Below are positions 25,532 through 38,500 of a stretch of DNA of 64,000 bases, piece by piece. Source of the stretch: Balanoglossus misakiensis (lineage: Eukaryota; Animalia; Hemichordata); assembly GCA_040954595.2 (NCBI GenBank), contig CM082583.2:12562987-12626986 (forward strand), written 5' to 3'. The position numbers and the translations under genes were made by a program. Below the pieces are notes generated by a model, which did not search any database, was not told where the DNA came from, and saw only the letters and a list, made by a program, of their open reading frames with translations. The stretch's first letter is position 1, and each line of letters opens with the position of its first letter.

Positions 25532-27516
25532 TGTTGCGAGCGGTCTGGTCACAAAGCCACGTCTGAGGGAGCAGGTACGGTTGTGTTTGTTCGAGAAGCG
25601 AAGCTATGTGAGATCACGTGAGGGTGGGGTCTATGTGAAAGTGCTGTCCGGACAGGTCAATACACTTGAAGAAGCGGGTCACTCCCCCATGCCGACCTTA
25701 CAACTCAGCTCCCCGCAGTTTAAAAATTAAAACCATACACAGATATTTCCCCGCGTTCATTGTGACCTTTAATTAATATGAAATCTCTCTGTATATAACC
25801 ACTGGCCGGCCAAAGACCAGGGTACTGGGTCTAAGAGAAAGTTAGTGGTTTACTTTTTATACAAAAGGCAAAAGTGGTTCTTCTTCTAAAGTAATGACTC
25901 GCTGTTCTATAAAGTACAATGAAATAAAGCATGGTAGATGTAAAGTATAGGGACTTGCCTGGGCAATTTTTAGCCAGATGGCTGGCCAATCTTGTCTGCG
26001 ATATTGATACAAATCAGTACAAACAGAACATTTGGTGCCTTTTTTTATTCTTGATGTATCGCTTCTCCACAAATACTCATCAACAGGAAAAAAATTAGGC
26101 TTGTGAAAAGCGTCGACGTAAAGTAACATGTATACTCTGCAAAATCCATATATGAATAGGTCCTTACATGCCTTGCCATGTACTCCAACACCACACTATC
26201 AATTTTTCCATGTACAGAAAATTTGTTTCTATTTTTGATACATTTTAATGACAACATTTACATATTTATAGTACATTTATTAAATGCTGGGTCTCATACC
26301 GATGAAACATCCGTTCTTAGGATGACGTGTCGACCCCTCTTCCGTGCCATCAACCGACGGAGCGAGGTGAGTGCTGACACATTTCAACCAGTGTGTTCGC
26401 ATAAGCCTGGTCGTACCGATACTTTGTGCCTGTCTGTCTGACTGTATGTCCGTCAGTCCTTTCTTCTCTCTGTCTGTCTGTCTATCTACCTGTCTGTTGA
26501 CACCGCCTCATAGACTTCCCAAATTAAAAATTTTTGGTGCATGTGTTCTCTAAATCTGTTGGTAAGACCCACTCGTTTTCAGCCAAAAGCCATATGGGAT
26601 GCAAGCAGAGCTCCCATTTGAGATTCTTTGTTGCTAAACATGTGCACGTGATTCATCATTTCTGCGGCGTACGTCTTTTTTCAAAATCAACCGCGGACAG
26701 ACCCGCATTTCTGGCAGAAAGACATACCGGTAACTAAATTTATGCGCACAAACCAGGCCCAAACCCATAGATATATCAAAAGTACCAACAGCTTACAATA
26801 GCATTGACAGAACAGAAAACACATAAACTATAAAAAGCTAGTAAAAATGTTCCATATACCTGCACTGGGCATTATAGTCTGGTTTGTATTCTACGGTTAA
26901 GTTGGACCGCTATAGAGGGAACTGGCGATGATACAGATTCAGTGATAAATATTTTCACACTTCTTTTGATAAAATTAAGTACTCATTTTTCGCATCAATT
27001 TGCCAAATGACAGTGCAGAAGACATGACAAACATAGAGCTTGCATCCGGCTTTGTTGCTTGGATACATTAAAAAGTCTTCTGAAACAATTTTTTGTATGC
27101 AACACGGCCGGGGTTTGTTGCATGAGCCTAAATGTAAATTTTGACCAAAGATGACAACATGGCAAATATGGCGAGTGCATAGTCCTTGTGCCCCGCTGAA
27201 CTTTTGTTTTGCACATTGTCTCTGCGCATTCATTTATCAAAAAAACCTCCAATCGTGTTCAGCTGGTGAGTACTAGTAATAATTTACTAATATTCGCCTA
27301 TGTGCCTTGATTTCAAATTGAGCAAGGCTGCACTGGGTATTCTGTTCACAGGTTGTTATAGGGTTGGCACCCCCGGATGAAGGCGGTTCTCAATAAATGT
27401 GAAGGGACGCCGTCGATGACTGCATGATCATTCTCTCAGAGAAAGAGTTGCGATTTGAACCATATCTGTAGCTCCTCCACGAAATCACACTATTGCCTGG
27501 TTGTTCTGGTGCAAAG

Positions 27517-30500
27517 ATGAATCACCCACTGGCCATCGTTGGTCTACTGGCTTTCACGTCATGCCTGTGCCTTGTCAAAAGTCAGCGTGAGTAGTCCTAC
27601 ACTTAATATTTTTTGTAAGACCAACGTTTCTTCTCTTTATAACGATTCTTTTCCATGAACAGCACCAGAGTACTGGAAGGAACTAGCCGAACGTGATCTG
27701 AAGAGAGCTTTGGGACTCAACAATAACTATGACGTTGCAAAAAACCTCATCCTGTTTCTGGGTGATGGCAATAGCATAGGCACAATTACGGCAACCAGAA
27801 TTTACAAAGGCCAGATGCAACCAGATAATCAGGGCGGAGAAGAGTACGAGCTTTACTATGAAACATTTCCTCACATCGGCATGTCAAAGGCAAGATGAAG
27901 TTCGTTTAATTCTATATTGATATCAACCTTTCATATTCTGACAAAAAGAAACATATGGGATTGCTGTATGCAACATTTAAGAGGGTAAAACCTTGGTTTA
28001 TATACCATATACCGGTAGACTGTTTATAGATTGAGAGAGTTGAGGCTTGGTCTATGTAACGGCACACAGTGGCTCTTAATTGACGGTCTAAGAACTTGCG
28101 TCATACACAAACCGCAACATTCACGCCTGTTCTACATTCCAGACGTACTGTGTCGATCGACAAGTGACCGACTCGGCCGCTTCCGGGACGGCGTATCTGT
28201 GTGGCGCAAAAAGCAAGTACAACACCATTGGCATGGACGACAGGGTCGAAAAGGGTGAATGTACCATGCCCCCGCCTGCCGTCGATTCCATCCTGAAACT
28301 TGCCCAGGATGCAGGTTCGTGGCTTTTGAACAAAAGTCAATCGCCAGTGTTCCACCTGAAGGATGTAAAATGTAAAACTATATTTTTGAATGGCTTCATA
28401 CGGATAAAATATGCATTTTAGGAGAGAGAAATAAACCTCGGAGTCCATGTAAAGTGGCAAATAAAGCAAATGTATAGGCTGTCCATATTTTTATTTTTAA
28501 TTATTTTTTTCTCTCCAGGGAAGGCTACTGGTATCGTCACTACAACTCGAGTCACACACGCAACACCTGCCTGCACGTACGCACACTGTCCCGACCGAGC
28601 TTGGGAGGGTGTCGTCCCAGCGTCAGAGGCCGCAAAAGGCTGCGAAGATATTGCCTACCAGCTGGTGAAAAACAGCCCTGGTCGCGGAATCAATGTAGGT
28701 CTTCTTGATACTCATTGAGTCATCAAACCTGATAGGTGTATATTTAACAAACGGCGCGACGTGCATACAACGCAAGCTCTTTGCAAAATGTTGTACCACT
28801 TGCACCTATAACACCTGACACAGAGTTAGTAGGTAAAGCCATTCTCCCAATGGTTTATTTTACTTATTATGTAGTAGCTTATAAACAGTACTGTTAATCT
28901 CCTGGTGTTTAGGTGATACTTGGAGGGGGACGCCAGAATTTTTTGCCGAACACCACACAAGATCCCGAATATCCTGAGAAGAACGGCAAAAGAACGGACG
29001 GAATAAATCTGGTGGACGAGTGGTTAGATTCAAAGGCCGGGTCCAGGGCTTCTTATGTGTGGAATGATGAAGATTTTGATGCTATAGACCCAGACAAGAC
29101 AGACTACCTTCTCGGTAAGGAATAACAGACCCGTGCCACGATGCATGGAGTCATGTTGCGTCCGTTTGTTGTTTGTGCTGGGGGATTCCTGTTCTGATAT
29201 GGACTACTTTTTGTTGTTGCGTCCGCGTAGGCTTATTTGAACCGAGCCACATGAAGTACAGCTCACAGAGGACTGGAGAACCTAGCCTGGTTGAGATGAC
29301 AGAGAAGGCCATTCAAATTCTTGAAAAATACGAGGATGGCTTCTTCCTTCTGGTTGAAGGTGTGTGAAATTGGCATGAGCTCGTCCATTTTGTATCTTTT
29401 TTGTTTGATATCTGTATACGTATTGCTAATTTGATCATGCCTAGCCTTCGAACGACTTCGGTGGTGATATATGTGATTGTATCGGTGCTGTAATTAATGT
29501 GTGAGTCGCTTGTCTCTCTCTCTCTCTCTCTCTTTACCCCCGCCCTCATCCGTAGGAGGGCGAATGGATCATGCCCACCACGACGGTAGGGCATATGGTG
29601 CAATCACCGATGGTGTTACTTTCGAGGAGGCAATCCAACGAGCTGGTGATCTTGTTAGTGAGGATGATACTCTCACAGTCGTGACTGCCGACCACAGCTT
29701 TGCATTCAACATTCTCGGTTATCCAAGTCGTGGAAATCCCATCTTAGGTATTCTTTTTGATATACTTTTTTGTTTAAAATATTTCGTATCAAAATTAGGA
29801 CTCTGACATATCGATGACATAGCTTGACGAATCGTCACGACAAGTCAGAAGTCCACGGATACAATCTAAAAGTGACACAGATCATGTTTGATGAAATGTA
29901 TGTTCGAATGCACATACCGGTATTATTACAGGTAAAAATGACCTGGAAAGGGATTTGGATGGCCTTCCGTTCACTACCCTGAGATATCACGATGGCCCCG
30001 GTTCTACGGCAGTGCTCCAGTCGATCCATGAAACTGGTTTGCGTCCTGATCTCACAAACGTCGACACAGGTAATTTTTATGTGCTGTTAATTGCACTTAA
30101 AAAACCCAGAACTGTAGACATTAGGATCCTGAACAGATTGACTCGGAAGAGTTTGCGTATACATACATATTTGTCACGAATAAGGCCTACTATGCCGAGG
30201 CACCAGATTTGAGGCACCGGTCATTTCAGTGGCATGGAATCGAACTTGATATCTCTTCTGTTGTTTTCCCGTCTATCCTGTTAGAATCGGAGATGTACCT
30301 TCAGCAATCCCTCGTCCGCAACAAGTGGGCCGGTCACGACGGCGAGGATGTCAACATCTACGCCAAGGGTCCCATGTCCCACCTCTTCCACACCACCCAC
30401 GAGCAGACTTACGTGTTTCACGTGATGAAGTACGCCGCCTGCCTCGGTGATGTGCCAGAGTACTGCTCCAAAGACAGGTTTCGACGAGGAAAATCTCTTC

Positions 30501-30553
30501 GACCGACTCGGTCGATTAGAAAGAGAGCCAATAGAGGTGGTCTCGAGGATTAG
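27517..30553 (+). CDS. Alkaline phosphatase, copy 2, lacking a GPI signal (polybasic C-terminus)
   Basis: Signal exon [23 protein letters not shown]; same catalytic motifs and intron positions as copy 1; GC donor at 27890; ends [29 protein letters not shown]. Confidence 0.95.
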
Positions 30554-32596
30554 ATGAGAAAAGACAAACACCGCGATGATTTGAAAGAAATTGCATCATA
30601 AATGCTTCGCATCAGCTTTAAAAGGGGCTTTTTGTAATCCCGGCGTCAGAATATTGCATACAGACATGTTGCATCTCTCTAATGATTTGAAATAAATCAA
30701 TGCAGTGCAAAAGTGTTTTTTAGTTTTGTTTGTCGTTCTATCCCTCAACTACCTACTCACTGACATATTACCTCGCTGAGATTTGCCAATGTTGGTATAT
30801 TTGCTGGGTCTGTTTTTTCAATACTGGGCTTCACCAATTTCACCACCAAGTTATTTTTTTTTTCCTTTCAAAAAACTGAAATCATCATTGAAGGAACCCA
30901 GGTGTATGTGATGCAAAGACTTTGAAGTTCAGATAACAAATTTCTGACAAGGTACTTTACCATTTTCATTGAACATGTGAATACCATGCAAGTTGTCTCA
31001 ATTTGGCCTGTTATTTAACTCCTGTAAAATGATTCACACAAATTGCCAACTTTTTCTTTCTTCTTTGTATTCATTTATAATGGCAGTGCGAGATGTTTAT
31101 GTTCATTTATATGCATGCAGCAAATATATCATTGTATATCTTACCAAAATATGAATCTTATAGATTCACACTTCACAGATAAACACACCACGACAAGAAT
31201 TACAATGTAGTTTTTGACATTTTAATACCACTTCATCTGTGACATTCAACTTGAAAAAGGATAAAATTATTATGGAAAAAAATGGAAGATGGTCATAAGC
31301 TATGGACAATGTGCAAATAAAAAAACAACAGTAGTACATACACGGTAAAGATACAGAAACATACAACAAAAAGAATCTACAATGAAGTTTGAAAAAACTC
31401 GATCATTTCCTTTTATTAGAATTAAGCACACTCAAAATGGACTGTAGCGGGAGTTCTTTTCTTTTGGCGTCCAATGTACAAGAGAAGAAGAAAACTGAAG
31501 GACTGTCTGGGCCCATAGATTTTAGAGATAACAGGATGCAGCGCTAGCAAAAATCAGGCTTGACCATCTTGACAATGAAGTTATTTGGCTTTCACTAATA
31601 AATAGCTGGTGCACGCATAAACTATTCTGGGAATTCCTTAGTTGTCCTGTTCAGCAGTGTGGGAAAATACCCAATGTCAAGTCCACCTGTCATGCTTGCA
31701 TTTCAGTGTTTGATCAAGTTCCTTGGCTAAGAATTGGCAATACTTTTACGTGTTGTGATTATGGGAGACTTACAATCCTGAATTTTCAAAAAAAATAATT
31801 CGTTCAGAAAAAAAATGTTGGTATGTTTCATGGAAATTCCCACGAAGAAGATCCCACGAGCCTTGTAAGGCACTGCTAAAAAAATAATGTTGGTGTTGGG
31901 AAAAAAGTCACCAGATCTCGCCCTCACAAGGTAAATATGTACAGCACCTTTCGTTTTACATGCCTAATCCATCTAACAGTAGACATCACCTGTGAGGGCT
32001 CTATTTATTGTCCCTACACTGGCAACGCCCCTTTTCCCCCAACAGCAACTTTAAAAACCATGCCTTGCATTCTGAAGGTCCTGAGATAGTCTTCAGCTAC
32101 ACACTGGGTGCTTTAAGAGAAAAATCACAAGGAGGATAATAGTGCTAGCTTTTAGAGGCAAAAACACAGAGAAGCCAGCCAGCAAAATTCTAAGTATCCA
32201 AATATCCAATTTGCTTGCTTGTACTTTTCTATCAAATACCTATGTTTAATTCAAATGAGGCTTATTTTATTATACACAGCACAAAGGAAAATAGGACTAT
32301 GGTCAAAATACTCCTGCACACACAACACTAAATTTTTTTCGTCGGTCCAGAATCTTGATTTAGCTCAGCATGTTATAATATTTATCAGTGTTTAACTACA
32401 GTGACAACAGTGGAAATATAAAACAAAGGCATTTTTTTGTCACCGTGACATCACAGATGTCACACACACTGGGCAGTGATGTCATCATCAGCAGAAAAAA
32501 TTTACATGACATCATAAGCCAGGGAGGAAAAATAAGGTGATGGGGATCTCCACGGTAACATCTTAATGGTTACTGTGGCGACTTCCGTCTCGTCCC

Positions 32597-35500
32597 CTAG
32601 TTGGCTCCCCAGTATGGAGAGGAGGAGTAGCTTTGCTTGCTGCCGGCCTGTTTGGCCTGGCTGCTAGCCCCCTGGGAGCGTTGGCTGGAGCCGGTCTGGG
32701 GTGCGTCGCCGTGCAGCTGGTGAGGGAGCATTGGAGAGTGGTGTTGGTGTTGATGCTGGTGGGGATGTGCCATCATGGGCACGTACTGCGCCGGAGAGGT
32801 GGCGTAGCCCGTGGCTGGGTTGAGGGTGCCGCCCTGGCTGCCACTGGCCAGTGGGATGTTGAAGGGTGGTGGGGTGCCTGCGTGGAATCCTTGCTTGTCG
32901 TACGTCTGGGTGTGAGTCTTGCTGCCGTAGACCGACCCGGACATGTCGCTCGTAGCACTGGTGGACGATGTACCTGATACTGGGACGATAAAAAGAAACC
33001 ATTAGATTGGTCTAGATTTTTGCTGCAAACATTCCATGATATTAGATAGTATATAAGATGGTACATGTATACCAACAAAACGTTGAAGAATCTCACTGAA
33101 GAGTAATAATCTGAATAGGTATCTGATTGAGAGAAATAAAGTTTTGGTTGCTCACTTTTACCTGAAGCCCCTGTACCCTTCGATTGTGATTGGGAGGCAG
33201 CCTGATATCCGCCTTTGCTGAAATCCGCTGTCTGGGTCAGGTCATCATAGCCTGCAAACAAAACGTAAAATGTCACATCATACATGCTGAACTATCACTG
33301 TCACAGTACTGAGTTGCCTGAATTTGGCCATAAATCCCCAGACAACATAAAAACTAGTAAAGATGCTGGGGTTTGTGGAAGTGTACATACCAGTTCCATA
33401 ACCACCATGTGAGCCATGTTGGCCGTATGCTCCCGGTTGCTGGAATCCAGAGTGTGGGGCACTGCTTCCTTGCGACCTGGTGGATGGTGGCACCTGAAAT
33501 TCAACAAATGTATCAGTATCAAGGAACCAAAGAATTTCTGAACTCCTTTGCATCATGGAGAATTTTGTATGTCCCCAACACATCATACTGATTTACACAG
33601 ACATGCTGTCTAATATACTTGTCACAATACTTACTGTGCCAACGGTTGGGAACATGGCCGGTCCATACTGCATTCCAGGAACCACACTGGCAGCGCCCGG
33701 GTAGTATGCCAGGCCTCCGTATCCATATCCTGGTGGCAGCTGCGTCGGATTGAGGAATGCTTGCTGCTGCGTCTGTTGCTGCTGGTGGTGACTTCCCTGC
33801 CCTGGCTGCTGTTGTTGTTGTTGTTGTTGCTGCGATGCTACTGAAGTGACTATCGGCGAGGAGGCGTCTGTACGACTGAATTTGTTAGCCTCTGTTACGG
33901 AATATTGCACATTGCCAATGGACGCTCCACTCCTGTCGGTAGTCAACGTCGTGTTGGGTTGGAACTGCTGCATGTCATACGGGTAACCCTGTTGGGGCAC
34001 AAAAACATGACAAAAATTTAGTTCTTTTCTGCTTTGAAAGGCACAATCAAGATAACAGCGAAAGCTTTGGTAATTCCAAGGAATGGTGAGCATTAATGGT
34101 CTGGTCCATTAACATTTCTCTGTCTGCCAACAGTTATAACAGACCTGTGACATCATCAGAATCAAGTACTCCTCAAGAAAACTCAGTAGAACGAAAGTTT
34201 AAAGATTTATTCATCACTTGATGTCTCAGTGTTGGCAGAACCTGTTACCACCTCTCCCCTGTACAATGGGCTGGACCACCAGGCCTATGACAATGGGATT
34301 AGTTTATTATTGTCTGATAGGAGGGTTGTGTATACTCACCATTGGCATCCTCTGCAACAGCTGGAGGTCTTCATAGTTGTACATTGGCTGGTGCTGCAAA
34401 ATCAGGCAATACACACACACACAGTTAGGTAGCTGCTTGCTTGGGATCAATGGCTTTCAACGACATGTGTACAATTAATGTCATCAGATTCATATACTCT
34501 TCAAGAGTAATTCAGTAGAACGAAAGTTGAATTTGTTCATCATTTGACATGGACAACAAAAAGCATAATGGTGGCGAATGGGTGACAGTGTACACCTTCT
34601 TCATCAGCCTCATCTAAAAGCAAATGGATTTAACTTGAAATCATTCCCAGATCTCTAGATCTCTTGATAGGATTTGCCAGGTTGCAAGTACTCACATATG
34701 CAGGCAGCAAGCCCGGCGCCATGGTGATGTACTGATGCCCAGCGGCCAGCTGATTGAGCAACGGTGGCATGCCTGGTGGCAGATTGAGCGCGCTCTTACT
34801 GCTGGATGTACTCTGAGTGGTGGCCTTGGTGGAGGTGGCTGATGTGGTGGTGGTGGAGAAGCCCAGTGCTGCTGACACTGTGGATGACATCGTCACTGCT
34901 GAGGTGGCACTCGGCGCGCTGTACGAGGATGCCGCAGAATGCGACGAGGGACCCGATCCCAGACTGCTGCTGCTGAGTGTTGTGAGTGTTGACTGTGGAA
35001 TAGAAAGACATGCATGTAACCTGTCATTAACAAGCAAAAATTGGGCATTTTGCATATTGAACCTCTGTGACAATCAAAGTCCCTTGACTCCTTGACTGGC
35101 TGCTAGGTTTGACTGTTCTGGATTGTTCCCCCCCCCCCCCTCCACACTGCCTCACACCTCTCGGCTGGGAGAAAAACAAACGTTGACACTTACTTGACCT
35201 TGATGCACATGGCTGTCAAGATGACTGTCCTTGACACCACCAAGTCCACCACTCAGCTTACCAGCAGCCATTGGTGAACTTTGGACAGAGCCATGTCCTG
35301 GATGAGAGCTGCCCGTCACATCAGAACCCGACAGACCACTGCTTGAATGACTGGGTAGTGTTGCTGTCGACGAATACGTCGGCTGGTGGCTGGATGGCCC
35401 TAGTCCCTGGTTAGTGGACCCAAGCCCCTGTGACAACAAAAACATTGACCGTATGGTTAAGAGATTCTGCTATATCACAGGCAGAAATCAATTTACCAGT

Positions 35501-38500
35501 TTCCAGAAACAGATGTCACAGACGGAATGCGTGAAACACAAATGGTGGGGCACTTACAGTGTGTGATGATGGAGAGAGAGCGCTGTGATGACTTGACAGA
35601 CTCGAGGACATGAGACCACTGCTGGCCGATGGCATCGTTGACGGTAAATTTGAGGAATGACTGTGACTGCTGAGAGACGACAGCGATGACGGTGTTGGCA
35701 CTGTCGATGACAGCGACGGCGGACCCGTCTGCGGAACTGTCATCGATGATGTCATCGGTGAAGGGCTGGATGTCGCCGAGCCAGACCGAACAGCTGCAGG
35801 AGAGAAAGTAGCAGAGACATTGGGGAAAACAGCAAAGAATGTAATGTTCATGTTTTGCGAATTCTTGCTCACCAGGAAAAATCACAAAGCAAGATACCCC
35901 TCTTAGAGTAAGAGGATTCGGGATTTGATGGTTACCACTGGACATTTGGCACTGGAAATTTCTCACCCACTAATCAGTGTTAGGGTTAGAGTGGGTAGAA
36001 GTCAGGGGGTGACAGTCCTAGAACCAGTTCTGCTTACCATCAAGTGCTGCCTGCTGTGAGATCCTTTGACCGGTTCCCATTAGAGAGCTCGACTGACCGA
36101 GACCAGACTGGGGTGGCAGTGAAAGCGAATCTGCTGGTAACTGAAACACACAACAAAGCAAAATTATATTTTTTCTCTTTTCTTCTCCAATTTTTCTTCT
36201 TTGAAACCATCAGATGATACAAAGCTGGCCACTGCAATGACCAGAATACAGTATTTGTGTGTCAAAGGAATGTTGTCAGAGCTACACTGAACCCTCATGG
36301 TTTGTAAATCAGTATTGTTATTTATTTCTCATCATCCAACATTCTATTGTACAGTCCTGCATCGGTCAAGCAATGCAGGTATTCCACTGTTCTCATTATA
36401 GGAATATGCACATGCACACCAGTGACTGATAGAAGCAATTCAGTAACACAGTACATTTTCAGTCAGGAAAGAAATACATACAGGTTTACTCTGTGAAGTG
36501 GACGAGGTCTGACTGTATGTCGGCATCGATGACTGCTCCAAAGATGAGACTATCGGCGATGTGGTCGTCATGGTGACGGATGTACTTGCCATCATTGAAG
36601 AACTCATCAACGAGCCGTCGTACGTATCGCTAGGTTTACTGGAGAATGATGACAGGTGGCTACTTCCAGAAGACACTTCGCTAACACTGCTGTAAAATAA
36701 ATGAGAAACGTCACATCAGAATAATAATGTTTTTCACAATGTTCATAGAAAATGCACACAAATAAACAACTTCCCATACCTGACAGTGCTTGAGGACATC
36801 ATTGATGGCGCCGAACAGGTAGCAACTGAATCATTAGTACTGCTGAAATCACCAACGTCGCTACCAAACTCCAGAGCACCAAACTGGACGTCCAAGCTCC
36901 CCATAGAGGTGCTGTATGCCGACATCGGCATTTCCACCGCCGAGGCTGGAATCTGCGGGAAAATAAAAGTGGACTGCCTAGTGGCATTGACTGTATTCAA
37001 TTTTTGTAACCAGAGTCTCTGGTTTGGCACATTCGCATAAGACTATCATCGCCCTTTAAACTGTAAATCCTGCTGCATTGAATGTGAAACATCCCACGCT
37101 CTCAAGTGTAAGACCTTACCTTCGACGGAGGTGGCATTTTCTTCTTTGGGGGTTTCACCTGCTGCTGGCCTCTCTGCGACTGCACCATACCTGCTGAGCT
37201 ACCAACCGGTGTTGTTCCAACCGCCATAATGCTACTGAGTGACACGGGTCCGATGGATGGCGACGTGCCAACCGTGGTTGGTCCAAGGGATTGAGGTCCA
37301 AGAGATTGCGACTGAGTGACCAGGCCCACCTAAGCGATAAATACATTGTGCGTAAATGTGACTGCGTCTTGACTGTGGCAAAAACATAGCATATTATTGT
37401 GCACATGTTTCACAGTATAATTTGGACTGAATATGAATACTTACCGGAGTCTTGGATGGTTCCGACATAGTCTGGGGTTTGATATCTGCAAACTGACCAA
37501 GTCGTGATGACGTCATCCCATCGCCAGCTGACAGTGCGGTCGGCTCTGTGGGTTTCTGCAGCAACGTGGCGATGTCGATGCTTCCGGAAAGATTTGGTGG
37601 CTGCTCCGGGATTGCTGGCTTCGGCGGCTGTGAGGCTGTTGGGGGACCAATACTTGGAGTAAAGACTTTGCTTTCCGACAGATCACCACCCCAATCACCT
37701 TCCACACTCCACTCTTCCGTCTTTTGCACCACATCTCCCCAAGTGCCTGAAATAGAAATGCACTTCTTTCTATCAAGAAAAGACTAGCTGCAGAAAACGC
37801 CTTTCATGAATTTTGACATGAAGGATGAGAGATACCTCTACTAGGATTGCATCAGTTGTGTTATCGTCAATTCGGAATAGATCAGAACAGAAATAACATA
37901 GAAAAGAACTGATTGCAAAACAAAACTAAAGCAGTAATGGCTCTCGAAACCTTTCGACACAATACATACACATACGCAGAGTCACACACACATACATGTA
38001 CACATACACATCACCCACAGACACATACATACACAACTACCACTTATACCCATATCAACGCACACTTACCCGTTTCTGTTGTTGTATTTGGTGTTACTGT
38101 ACTCTCTGGAGGGTTGGTCCAAACACTGATTTCATCTAACTTACTGTTCACAAACTCCCGGGTTCCTTTGTAATCGCTACTGTTAAAAGTACTGGAAGAA
38201 CAAGAACATGTAATATTATTCACTGGTTATTTTTTTATCCATCATTAATCAATAAAATCAAATAAATCCATAAAGTATATTTAGGCACATAGTCTCGCAA
38301 GTATTAATTGTACCACTCACCCCATCCTTGGTCCAGCTCTACCTCTGCGAGACGGTCCATTCATCTGACCTAAAATAACAAAAGATAAAACGTAACTTTA
38401 TACAGCTCTTTTCATGCAAAAGTACTGAACCGTGTAACAGTCAAGCATAGTATTTTTAATACCAGAAGCTGCTTAAGTATTCACTATTGTTCTGAGTCGC

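Noticed and set aside
32633-33002. Overlapping alternative-frame and antisense ORFs over the last UBAP2L exon
   Set aside because: By-product of very GC-rich third codon positions; no independent motifs or splice signals.
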